12,201 nucleotides of DNA from Armatimonadia bacterium (GTDB lineage Bacteria > Armatimonadota > Zipacnadia > Zipacnadales > UBA11051). Each line of letters opens with the position of its first letter. Position 1 is the first letter of the stretch. The stretch lies in contig JBDKRC010000222.1 of NCBI GenBank assembly GCA_039683575.1, forward strand, positions 1-12,201, in the 5' to 3' direction. A program made the translations under genes and the position numbers. The notes under the pieces are model-generated. The model was not told the DNA's origin. It saw nothing but the letters and a program-made list of their open reading frames with translations, and ran no database searches. This document shows positions 1-7,160 of the stretch, one piece after another.

Positions 1-503
1 TCTGCCCATAGCGCCTCAATGCGGCGCAGGAGGACCGTAAGCTCGCGGCTGGGGTCCACGTAATGCTTCAGGCCATCTATCGTCAATTCGGCCAGAATAC
101 GGGCCTTCTCGAGCCCCAGAATCCGGCCTTCCGGGCCGGCCTTCCAGGCGGCTATCACGGCATCGGCTGCGCGGCCGAGGGTGCAGTCCAGTACGTGTTC
201 GCCCGGTTGCAGGTCCATGGCCTGTAGCATGGGGTCCTCATGGCCGCGTTTGCAGTTGTGCAGGCGTACCTTGGCCATGCCGGGATGGAAGAAGTACTCA
301 AGGCCGGTGGCAGGTTCGCGGTAGGTGACGCGCTCAGGGCCGACGACAAGGAAACCGGTGGCCGAATACCGGGCGGCCAGCTTGGGAAGGCTGTCATCCC
401 GGGGCACGAGGGGGGCGTCCAGACGCCGGGCCCAGGCCTCGGCGCGGGCGATGAGCTCGGGAGTGGCGCGGTGGGAGGTTGTGACGATGACGGAAGGGTT
501 CAT
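1..503 (-). CDS. Class I SAM-dependent methyltransferase, YpiP/RsmJ-like (SAM_MT family); truncated by the left edge of the window
   Basis: Hand translation from ATG at 503: MNPSVIVTTSHRATPELIARAEAWARRL...EYFFHPGMAKVRLHNCKRGHEDPMLQAMDLQPGEHVLDCTLGRAADAVIAAWKAGPEGRILGLEK..., open to base 1. VLDCTLGxAxDA is SAM-binding motif I; FFHPxMA is typical of YpiP-like proteins. The start overlaps the upstream stop (ATGA, 500-503). Confidence 0.85.
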   Translation of the reverse strand, partial: MNPSVIVTTSHRATPELIARAEAWARRLDAPLVPRDDSLPKLAARYSATGFLVVGPERVTYREPATGLEYFFHPGMAKVRLHNCKRGHEDPMLQAMDLQPGEHVLDCTLGRAADAVIAAWKAGPEGRILGLEKARILAELTIDGLKHYVDPSRELTVLLRRIEALWA

Positions 504-1165
504 TGGCAGGGGCCGACTTCGGCTACGCCCTCGACGGTGGTCATGGCGGCGCAGACGGTCTGGAGGGTGATCGTCGGCGAAGGCTGAAGGTAGAGCACGT
601 AATGCAGGCCCTCGTCGGGCGTCTCCTCACCGAACTTGATGCGATCAAGCTTGGCCCCTATCCTCTGCAGCGCGGTCAATACTGCCGGCAGCGGGTCCTT
701 CGCGGGCTCGGCGACGACGAGCAGTTGCAGGGGCTTGGCGGACTGCGGAAGATGGTCTTCGACGTACTTGACGGCCGTCAGAGCCACAAAGGCCAACACT
801 GCGGCCAGAAGGGCTGGGACATACCAGGCAAAGCCGGCGGCGAGACCGAGGGCGGCGGCCATCCAGAGCGAGGCAGCGGTGGTCAGACCACGCACGACGC
901 TGCCATGGCGCATGATCGTGCCCGCGCCGAGGAAACCGATGCCGGCCACTACCTGGGCGGCGATGCGGCCAGGATCGTAGTTCTCGCCAGCGGTCATGAT
1001 GGAGGTGATGGCGAAAAGGGCAGACGCCAGGGCCACGAGAATGTGGGTGCGCAAGCCTGCGGGGCGTTGGTGACGCTCACGCTCAACGCCGATGATGGCG
1101 CCCAGCAGGAAGGCCGCGCCGAGGCGCGCCAGGATGTCGTGCCAGTCCATTGGGATGGGGTGCAT
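500..1165 (-). CDS. mgtC: MgtC/SapB family membrane protein with a C-terminal ACT-like domain
   Basis: Family motifs IGVERE, PAGLRTH, DPGRIAAQVVAGIGFLGAGTI and RGLTTAASLW. Start placed at ATG 1165 (GGAGG at 1174-1178, 8 nt upstream) rather than TTG 1210. The symbol denotes family, not proven orthology. Confidence 0.93.
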   Translation of the reverse strand: MHPIPMDWHDILARLGAAFLLGAIIGVERERHQRPAGLRTHILVALASALFAITSIMTAGENYDPGRIAAQVVAGIGFLGAGTIMRHGSVVRGLTTAASLWMAAALGLAAGFAWYVPALLAAVLAFVALTAVKYVEDHLPQSAKPLQLLVVAEPAKDPLPAVLTALQRIGAKLDRIKFGEETPDEGLHYVLYLQPSPTITLQTVCAAMTTVEGVAEVGPCQ

Positions 1166-1202
1166 CTGAACGGCCTCCGCGAGATGACGGCTGGCGTCGG
1201 AT

Positions 1203-1226
1203 GCGGGCAAGGCTGCCCGCGCTCCC
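1203..1226. repeat. REP-like palindromic element
   Basis: GCGGGCA-aggc-TGCCCGC (7-bp stem, 4-nt loop) followed by GCTCCC; the minus strand reads GGGAGC-GCGGGCA-GCCT-TGCCCGC. Same layout as the element at 5637-5660. Confidence 0.45.
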
Positions 1227-1296
1227 AGGGACGGCGCGGGAGGTAAGCATCTTCTTCATCGTCGGCAGTTGCGCCTGCTCCAGAGACGTTTTTGCA

Positions 1297-1324
1297 GAAA
1301 CTTCAGTGCTGCCATAGACGTTCC
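1297..1324. promoter_or_regulatory. Possible ECF-sigma-type promoter(s) in the divergent mgtC/moxR intergenic region
   Basis: Plus strand GAAAC-N17-CGTT (1297-1322); minus strand GGAAC-N18-GTT (1324-1299). Short motifs, so a chance match is possible. Confidence 0.3.
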
Positions 1325-1372
1325 TAGTAGTGTAGTTGATTTCCTCATTATGCAGTGAAAGGCTCCGCAGCC

Positions 1373-2332
1373 ATGGATCAGGTACCGTTTGCCGCCACCG
1401 TCAACAAGCTTATTGACCAGATCGAGACCGTTATCGTCGGCAAGCGCTCCGTGGTGGAGATGACCGTCATCGGGTTCCTGTGCGGCGGGCACTTGCTGAT
1501 CGAGGACATACCCGGAGTGGGCAAGACCATGCTCGCGCGCTCGCTGGCGCGGTCTGTGGACCTGACCTTCAAGCGCATCCAGTTCACTCCTGACCTGCTG
1601 CCGAGCGACGTGACCGGCGTGTCTATCTACAACCAGTCATCCTCGCAGTTCGAGTTCCGGCCCGGGCCGATCTTCGGCAACGTGGTCCTGGCGGACGAGA
1701 TCAACCGCGCCACGCCCAAGTCGCAAGCGGCGCTGCTGGAGGCCATGGAAGAGTTCCAGGTGACGGTGGACGGGGTTGCGCACCCGTTGCCCAAGCCATT
1801 TTTCGTGATCGCGACGGAGAACCCAATTGAGTATGAGGGCACCTACAGCCTGCCTGAGGCGCAACTCGACCGCTTCCTGATGCGGCTGGCGCTCGGGTAC
1901 CCGTCAGCGACGGATGAAGTGATGATTCTCGACCGGCAGATCATGCAGCACCCCATCGAGAAGGTGGGCCCGGTCGCGAACGCCGGGGAGATCCTGGCCT
2001 TGCAGCAGATGGTGCGCAAGGTCCATGTAGACCACTCGCTGCGACAGTACATGGTGGCGCTGGTGGGGGCGAGCAGGCGACACGAGGCGGTTGAGCTTGG
2101 CGCGAGCCCCAGAGGGTCCATCGCACTGCTGCGCTGCAGCCAGGGGCTGGCGGCGATTCGCGGGCGGGGCTACGTGACGCCTGATGATGTGAAGGATGTG
2201 TCCGAGTCCTCGCTGGCCCACCGGCTGATCATGAAGCCGCAGAGCCGCCTGCAGGGCGTGACGCCTGGGCAGGTAGTGGCGGATTTGCTCAACTCAGTGC
2301 CCGTTCCGGTCGTGGAGGAAAGACGCAAGTGA
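1373..2332 (+). CDS. moxR: MoxR family AAA+ ATPase (MoxR proper subfamily)
   Basis: Walker A EDIPGVGKT, RIQFTPDLLPSD, Walker B VLADEINRA, ATENPIE, LPEAQLDRF, GASPR. ATG 1373 preferred over GTG 1355. Confidence 0.96.
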   Translation: MDQVPFAATVNKLIDQIETVIVGKRSVVEMTVIGFLCGGHLLIEDIPGVGKTMLARSLARSVDLTFKRIQFTPDLLPSDVTGVSIYNQSSSQFEFRPGPIFGNVVLADEINRATPKSQAALLEAMEEFQVTVDGVAHPLPKPFFVIATENPIEYEGTYSLPEAQLDRFLMRLALGYPSATDEVMILDRQIMQHPIEKVGPVANAGEILALQQMVRKVHVDHSLRQYMVALVGASRRHEAVELGASPRGSIALLRCSQGLAAIRGRGYVTPDDVKDVSESSLAHRLIMKPQSRLQGVTPGQVVADLLNSVPVPVVEERRK

Positions 2333-3558
2333 CGTTCAAGCGGCATGCGCTCGTCTGGAGCGCAATATTCCTGTTCATAGTGGGGTTCACACTCCACATC
2401 CACCAGCTCTTCGCCATGTCGGCGACGATGGCAGCGCTGCCACTACTGGCACGCCTGCTGGGTCGCGGCAAGCTGCGGGGGCTGATGGCGCGGCGGCGGG
2501 TGAGCAAGGCGGCGGTGGCAGGCGAGCGTGTGAAGGTGGACCTGGAGGTTTACAACACCGCGCGCACGCGCAAGATCTTCTTCATTGCCACTGAGACGCT
2601 GGGCAGGCTCAGCCCCTCGCAGGTAGACTTGCCTGTGGCGATACTGGGACCGGGGGAGCACACGACGCTGAGCTATGAAGTGCGCCCACCGCGGCGGGGT
2701 GTATACCCAATTGGGCCCACGACGCTATGGACGCCGGACGTTATCGGCCTCAACTACTACCGGCGCGAACTGCCGCAGGTTGACGAACTGATCGTGCACC
2801 CGCAGGCGGCCATGCTGCCGTACCTGTGGCCCAGTGCCGAGGGTGGCAGGCAGCCCGTGAAGCCCAGGCGGAGACTGCGGGGCGAGGGGGACGACCTGTA
2901 CGGCGTACGCGACTACCAGCCAGGTGACGATCCCCGCCGGATAAGCTGGAAGACCACGGCGCGGCGCGGGAAGCTGGCTGTGGTGGAGTATGAGCGGCCC
3001 GAGTCGCTCGAAGGGGTCATCATCCTGGACCTCGACCGGCGCTGGCACGCCGGAGAGGGCGACCGCCACACGCTGGAGTATGCGGTGACAATCGCGGCGA
3101 CGCTGATCGAGCAGGCCTATGAGCGCGGCAGCACGGTTGGCTTGATCGTGAAGGGGGAGCAGGACTGGTCGTGCCCGCCGCTGCCGGAGACCGAGCAGCG
3201 CCTCCGCCTGTTCGAGACGCTCTCACGCGTGCAGCCGTGGGTGCAAGAGCCACTGGCGCAACTCGTGGCGGCCAATGAGCGCCTGATTCCGCCGCAGGCC
3301 ACGGTCGCGGTGCTGTCGCCTTCGCCGGACACGGGGGCGCTTGGTGCACACCTGCGGGGTCTGGGGCATGCAGTGACATGGTTCCTGCTGGATGCTGGGA
3401 GCTTCGGTGGTGCGCGGGTGAACTACGAGGCACTGGAGAGCGTGCTGCTGGGCTCACGGTGCCATCTGCGGCGCATTCATGGTGACAGGCCGTTGGAGGC
3501 GAACTGGCGGCGGAGCGGTAGCCGGGCCGCAGGGGGAGGTAGCCATGCCACAGGATAG
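2329..3558 (+). CDS. DUF58 domain protein with an N-terminal membrane anchor
   Basis: N-terminal hydrophobic segments, an Ig-like region (RRGVYPIGP...PDVIGL), and the DUF58 core VRDYQPGDDPRRISWKTTARRGKLAVVEYE. GTG start overlaps the moxR stop (GTGA). Confidence 0.93.
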   Translation: MTFKRHALVWSAIFLFIVGFTLHIHQLFAMSATMAALPLLARLLGRGKLRGLMARRRVSKAAVAGERVKVDLEVYNTARTRKIFFIATETLGRLSPSQVDLPVAILGPGEHTTLSYEVRPPRRGVYPIGPTTLWTPDVIGLNYYRRELPQVDELIVHPQAAMLPYLWPSAEGGRQPVKPRRRLRGEGDDLYGVRDYQPGDDPRRISWKTTARRGKLAVVEYERPESLEGVIILDLDRRWHAGEGDRHTLEYAVTIAATLIEQAYERGSTVGLIVKGEQDWSCPPLPETEQRLRLFETLSRVQPWVQEPLAQLVAANERLIPPQATVAVLSPSPDTGALGAHLRGLGHAVTWFLLDAGSFGGARVNYEALESVLLGSRCHLRRIHGDRPLEANWRRSGSRAAGGGSHATG

Positions 3559-5626
3559 CCTCAAGACGCTGTGGCGGACGCTGCCCCTGCTGCTGGGCGA
3601 GTACGTGCTGGCGCTGGCAGCGGTCTCCGCGATCACGGCTACGGTCGATGAACCGGCGTATGAGATGTTGATGTACATAGCGGTGACCGTGGGCATGTTA
3701 GCCAGTGCCTGGGGGGTGCTGACGGAGCGGCTGCAAGTGCTCCCTGGCGCGATCGTCATGGTCATGGCGTTCACGTACTATGCGCTGCGTCACTACAATC
3801 TGCCACTGTCGGGCCTGCTGTACCCACCGGAGATCGCCGGCAACGATGACTCGACGCTGGCGGGCATGGTGGCGTGGCTGCTGGTGGCGTTCACGTTCTG
3901 GCAGAGCCACCGCTCAAATCTGATTTTCCTGGCGGTCAGCGGACTGGCGGTGTGCGGGTTGATGGCGACGCAGAACCTGAACCTGGACATGCGGGTCATC
4001 TTCTCGGTCTACATCGTCGCCACGCTCTTCTGCTGGGGCTACGAGCAGTTCCTGGAGATGGACGACCGGCTGGCGGCCAATGGGCAGCGACGCCTGGAGA
4101 ACTGGCCGGAGATGGTGCGGGGGCACCTGTCGGTCGCGGTGCTCGTGGGAGTGCTGACACTGGTTGTCGGCTCCTCGGTGGGCACGGGGGCCTACAAGCT
4201 CTCGCCGAACCTCTATGAGCGAATGGCTCATCACGCGTACGGGCAGCAGCGGTTCGCTGAGCGCCTGCAGACGCTCTACAACTCCTTTGCCGGGCAGTTC
4301 GACGTCGGAACCGGCAGCATCCACCTCAGTCCTATCCCGGTGCTGAAGATCAAGGCTACGCGGGGTTCGCTCTGGCGCGGCATGGTATACGACACCTACG
4401 ACGGCAAGAGCTGGACGCGCCGGGTCGGCGGAAGCTATCCCACCGAGGCTATGGGCGAGCAGTACGCGGTGCCTCAGTACTACCTCCGGGACATGCGCCG
4501 TTGGACGGTGAACCACCAGGAGGTCGAGGTTCTGGGCTATCCGGGCAGGATCATTGCCGCCGCCCAGCCCGCCTCGGTCGACTTGCACGTGCGCGGTGAG
4601 TACCTGACGCAGCTCATGGCGCCGACTGTGGATGCGTACGGGTGTGTCAGCGGGCCAGAGAATGACATGAGCCGTCAATACAGCGTCATCTCACACGAAC
4701 CAATAACAGACACGGCGACGTTGCGACGTGCGCCGGAGACCTACCCGCGCGGTGTCTGGGATGCCTACACGGGCGTGACAGCCGAAGCTGGCGAGGCGCT
4801 GTCAGGGCTGGCAAAGGAGGTTACTGCCGGAGCGAAGACACCGTATGACAAGGTGAACGCGCTGCAGCAGTACCTGGAGAAGCGTTGTCTCTACAGCCTG
4901 TCGCCGCCCGCCGTGCCAAAGGGCAAAGACGCTGCGGCGTACTTCGTGCTGGAGAGCCGTCGCGGCGCCTGTGACTTGTTTGCGACCAGTCTGGCAGTCA
5001 TGACGCGGCTGTCCGGCATACCGGCGCGCGTGGCGACGGGGTACGCTACGGGTGAATACGACGCCGATGAGCGGGCGTACACCGTGCGGGGGACGGATGC
5101 CCACGCCTGGGTTGAGGTGTATTTCCCCACGGTCGGCTGGGTACCATTTGATCCCCAGGCTGCCGAACGGTATGAGGAGCAATCCTGGACGGAGCTTCTG
5201 ACCGAGGGGCACTGGGACCTGGCGCTCAAGCAGACGGCCAGGCAGGCCGGCTGGTTGGTGCTGCTTGGGATCATCGCCTTCCTCGCGATAGCGGCACTCG
5301 TTGACCCAGTCCAGGCCTTGCGAGACGTCCTGCCCTCGCGCTCGCGGACGCCGCTGGAACGGCTCTCGCGGGAGTATGAGGGCTTCTACCAGATGCTGCT
5401 GCGCAGGCTGAAGGTGCGCCCAGAGCCATGGCTGACGCCACGGGAAGCGATCGAGAGCATCAATGGCAAGCTGACAGCACGGTCGCAGCTCGACCCGCTA
5501 CGGCTGATGGCGTTCAATGAGCGGTTCTACCAGTTGCGCTACGACGTGCGTCCGCGTTGGAGTGAGGTGGAGGAGTTGCGGAAGGAACTGCGGGGAATGC
5601 GGAGGAGGCTGAAGCGGAGGCGGTGA
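3545..5626 (+). CDS. Membrane-anchored transglutaminase-like protein (TgpA-like: DUF3488 plus transglutaminase core)
   Basis: Multiple N-terminal TM helices; LWRGMVYDTYDGKSW motif; Cys-His-Asp triad in GACDLFA (Cys 4970-4972), DAHAWVEVY (His 5102-5104) and WVPFDP (Asp 5150-5152); C-terminal TM helix. ATG 3545 follows GGAGGT (3535-3540) and overlaps the DUF58 gene by 14 nt. Confidence 0.93.
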   Translation: MPQDSLKTLWRTLPLLLGEYVLALAAVSAITATVDEPAYEMLMYIAVTVGMLASAWGVLTERLQVLPGAIVMVMAFTYYALRHYNLPLSGLLYPPEIAGNDDSTLAGMVAWLLVAFTFWQSHRSNLIFLAVSGLAVCGLMATQNLNLDMRVIFSVYIVATLFCWGYEQFLEMDDRLAANGQRRLENWPEMVRGHLSVAVLVGVLTLVVGSSVGTGAYKLSPNLYERMAHHAYGQQRFAERLQTLYNSFAGQFDVGTGSIHLSPIPVLKIKATRGSLWRGMVYDTYDGKSWTRRVGGSYPTEAMGEQYAVPQYYLRDMRRWTVNHQEVEVLGYPGRIIAAAQPASVDLHVRGEYLTQLMAPTVDAYGCVSGPENDMSRQYSVISHEPITDTATLRRAPETYPRGVWDAYTGVTAEAGEALSGLAKEVTAGAKTPYDKVNALQQYLEKRCLYSLSPPAVPKGKDAAAYFVLESRRGACDLFATSLAVMTRLSGIPARVATGYATGEYDADERAYTVRGTDAHAWVEVYFPTVGWVPFDPQAAERYEEQSWTELLTEGHWDLALKQTARQAGWLVLLGIIAFLAIAALVDPVQALRDVLPSRSRTPLERLSREYEGFYQMLLRRLKVRPEPWLTPREAIESINGKLTARSQLDPLRLMAFNERFYQLRYDVRPRWSEVEELRKELRGMRRRLKRRR

Positions 5627-5636
5627 GGCCGGGAGA

Positions 5637-5660
5637 GCCCGACAGGAATGTCGGGCGTAC
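5637..5660. repeat. REP-like palindromic element
   Basis: GCCCGACA-GGAA-TGTCGGGC perfect 8-bp stem followed by GTAC; the minus strand reads GTAC-GCCCGACATTCCTGTCGGGC. No U-tract. Confidence 0.45.
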
Positions 5661-5690
5661 ATGATAATCAAGATGTTTCACTGACGAAGT

Positions 5691-5743
5691 AAAGAGCCCC
5701 ACCTGAAGTACGCGTCGCGTACTAAGGGTGGGGCTCTCTTTGT
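5691..5743. terminator. Bidirectional intrinsic terminator between convergent genes
   Basis: AGAGCCCCACC (5693-5703) pairs with GGTGGGGCTCT (5727-5737), enclosing AGTACGC-gtc-GCGTACT (5707-5723). A-rich on the left, CTTTGT on the right. Confidence 0.75.
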
Positions 5744-5761
5744 ATTCAGGTCTGGGCGGCT

Positions 5762-6997
5762 TTACTTGGAGCGCTCGTACTTGCCAAGCTTCGGCTCGAT
5801 GAAGTGCTTCTGGAAGACCGGGTAGTGCGGGACGTCCATCGTCACTGCACTCGGCGTGGCGCCCAGGAGCGGCTTGATGTACTCGATGAACTCGTCAGTG
5901 ACGCCGTTCTGGTCCTCGTTGATCCACTCGGCCGGGACGACCTTGGTCTGGTCGGCGACGCTCATCAATGACGTGGTGCCGACTTCCCAGGTGTACGGGC
6001 TGTTGCTCTTGCGCTCAATGGTGGTCATGATGTCGGTCTCGCCGGCGATGGCGCGCTGGGCGGCCTGGAAGCCGGCCTGGTAGGCCTGCTCGTTGTCCAC
6101 GTCGCTCATGCAGAAGGCAAAGCAGCGCTGGAGGTTGCCCAGGCGGTCGTTGCGGCAGCGGGCGCCGATGGCGCCCTCGATCATCTCGGCCAGAGCCTCG
6201 GCCACGCCGCCGAGACGGGCATGCCCGAACTCGTCAACCTTGTCGGAGGTGGTCTTCAATTCGCTCTCGGCGAACGTGAAGCCCTCCGACACGGCCACGA
6301 CGAGGAAGCCGTACTTGTCGTAGTATGACTTGCAGTCGGCGAGGAACTTGTCGGGGTCAACCTTGACCTCGGGGAGGTACACCAGGTGCGGGGCCTCGCC
6401 CTCGTTCAAGCGGCCGACCTGGGTGGCGCCGGTGAGCCAGCCAGCATGGCGGCCCATGACCTCGACGACTTCCGCGCCGCCGAACGCCATGGCGTCACGG
6501 GCGGCGAACTGCACGGCGGCAGCGGCGTAGCGGGCAGCGCTGGCGAAGCCGGGGCAGTTGTCGGTGACGACGAGGTCGTTGTCAATCGTCTTGGGGATAC
6601 CGATGACGCGCATCTCCCAGTCCGAGGTCTTGGCCAACTCGGAGATCTGGTGGCAGGTCAACTGGCTGTCATTGCCGCCATTGTAGAAGAAATAGCGGAT
6701 GTTGTGGGCCTTGAAGACCTCCATCGCGCGCTCGAGGTCCGGCTGCTTGGGCTTGAGCCGGCAGGTGCCGAGGGCCGCAGAGGGGGTGTAGCGCATGGCG
6801 GCGAGAACGTCGTCGTCCTCACGGAAGAGGTCGAACATCTTCTCATTCAGAACGCCGGAGATGCCGTTGGCCGCGCCGTAGAAATGCTCGATCTCGGCGG
6901 CGTTCTCAGCGGCTTGTACGGCGCCGACGACGCTGGCATTGATGACGATGCTGGGGCCACCGGACTGGCCGATGCAGGCATTGCCTTTGAGGGACAT
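5762..6997 (-). CDS. pfp: 6-phosphofructokinase, predicted pyrophosphate-dependent (PfkA superfamily)
   Basis: GQSGGP, PSAALGTCR, GGNDS (Asp at the donor-specificity position, 6668-6670), PKTIDND (Lys 6590-6592), EVMGRHAGW, VSEG, DEFGH. Strong RBS GGAGGA upstream of ATG 6997. Confidence 0.93.
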   Translation of the reverse strand: MSLKGNACIGQSGGPSIVINASVVGAVQAAENAAEIEHFYGAANGISGVLNEKMFDLFREDDDVLAAMRYTPSAALGTCRLKPKQPDLERAMEVFKAHNIRYFFYNGGNDSQLTCHQISELAKTSDWEMRVIGIPKTIDNDLVVTDNCPGFASAARYAAAAVQFAARDAMAFGGAEVVEVMGRHAGWLTGATQVGRLNEGEAPHLVYLPEVKVDPDKFLADCKSYYDKYGFLVVAVSEGFTFAESELKTTSDKVDEFGHARLGGVAEALAEMIEGAIGARCRNDRLGNLQRCFAFCMSDVDNEQAYQAGFQAAQRAIAGETDIMTTIERKSNSPYTWEVGTTSLMSVADQTKVVPAEWINEDQNGVTDEFIEYIKPLLGATPSAVTMDVPHYPVFQKHFIEPKLGKYERSK

Positions 6998-7080
6998 GGG
7001 TGATTCCTCCAGTATGGAAGTTGGCTAGTGAGTGTGGTGGACTAGCGTTGCGCGCGCCGCGCGCGCTGGCAAAAGCAATT

Positions 7081-7121
7081 GGGGCGGTCAGTATATTATT
7101 ATACTGACCGCCCCCAGTCAA
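7081..7121 (-). promoter_or_regulatory. Sigma70-type promoter for pfp overlapping a perfect 15-bp inverted repeat (operator and/or hairpin)
   Basis: Minus strand TTGACT (7121-7116), 17-nt spacer, TAATAT (7098-7093). GGGGCGGTCAGTATA (7081-7095) and TATACTGACCGCCCC (7100-7114) are exact reverse complements around a 4-nt loop. Confidence 0.65.
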
Positions 7122-7160
7122 GGGCGCGACACGCGGCATGTGGTACGGGAGCCAGTTGCC

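Noticed and set aside
155..1246. Overlapping ORFs 155-397, 240-587, 325-570, 503-1246 and 636-980
   Set aside because: Alternative-frame or antisense to the mgtC and methyltransferase genes; no motifs.
1810..1831. MoxR ATENPIE instead of the more usual ATQNPIE
   Set aside because: Conservative change; the sensor-1 Asn and all other motifs are intact.
6998..7080. pfp leader hairpins (GCTAGT/ACTAGC and a GCGCGC run) as a riboswitch
   Set aside because: Short stems, partly low-complexity, with no riboswitch core I recognise; an Rfam cmscan hit would be needed.
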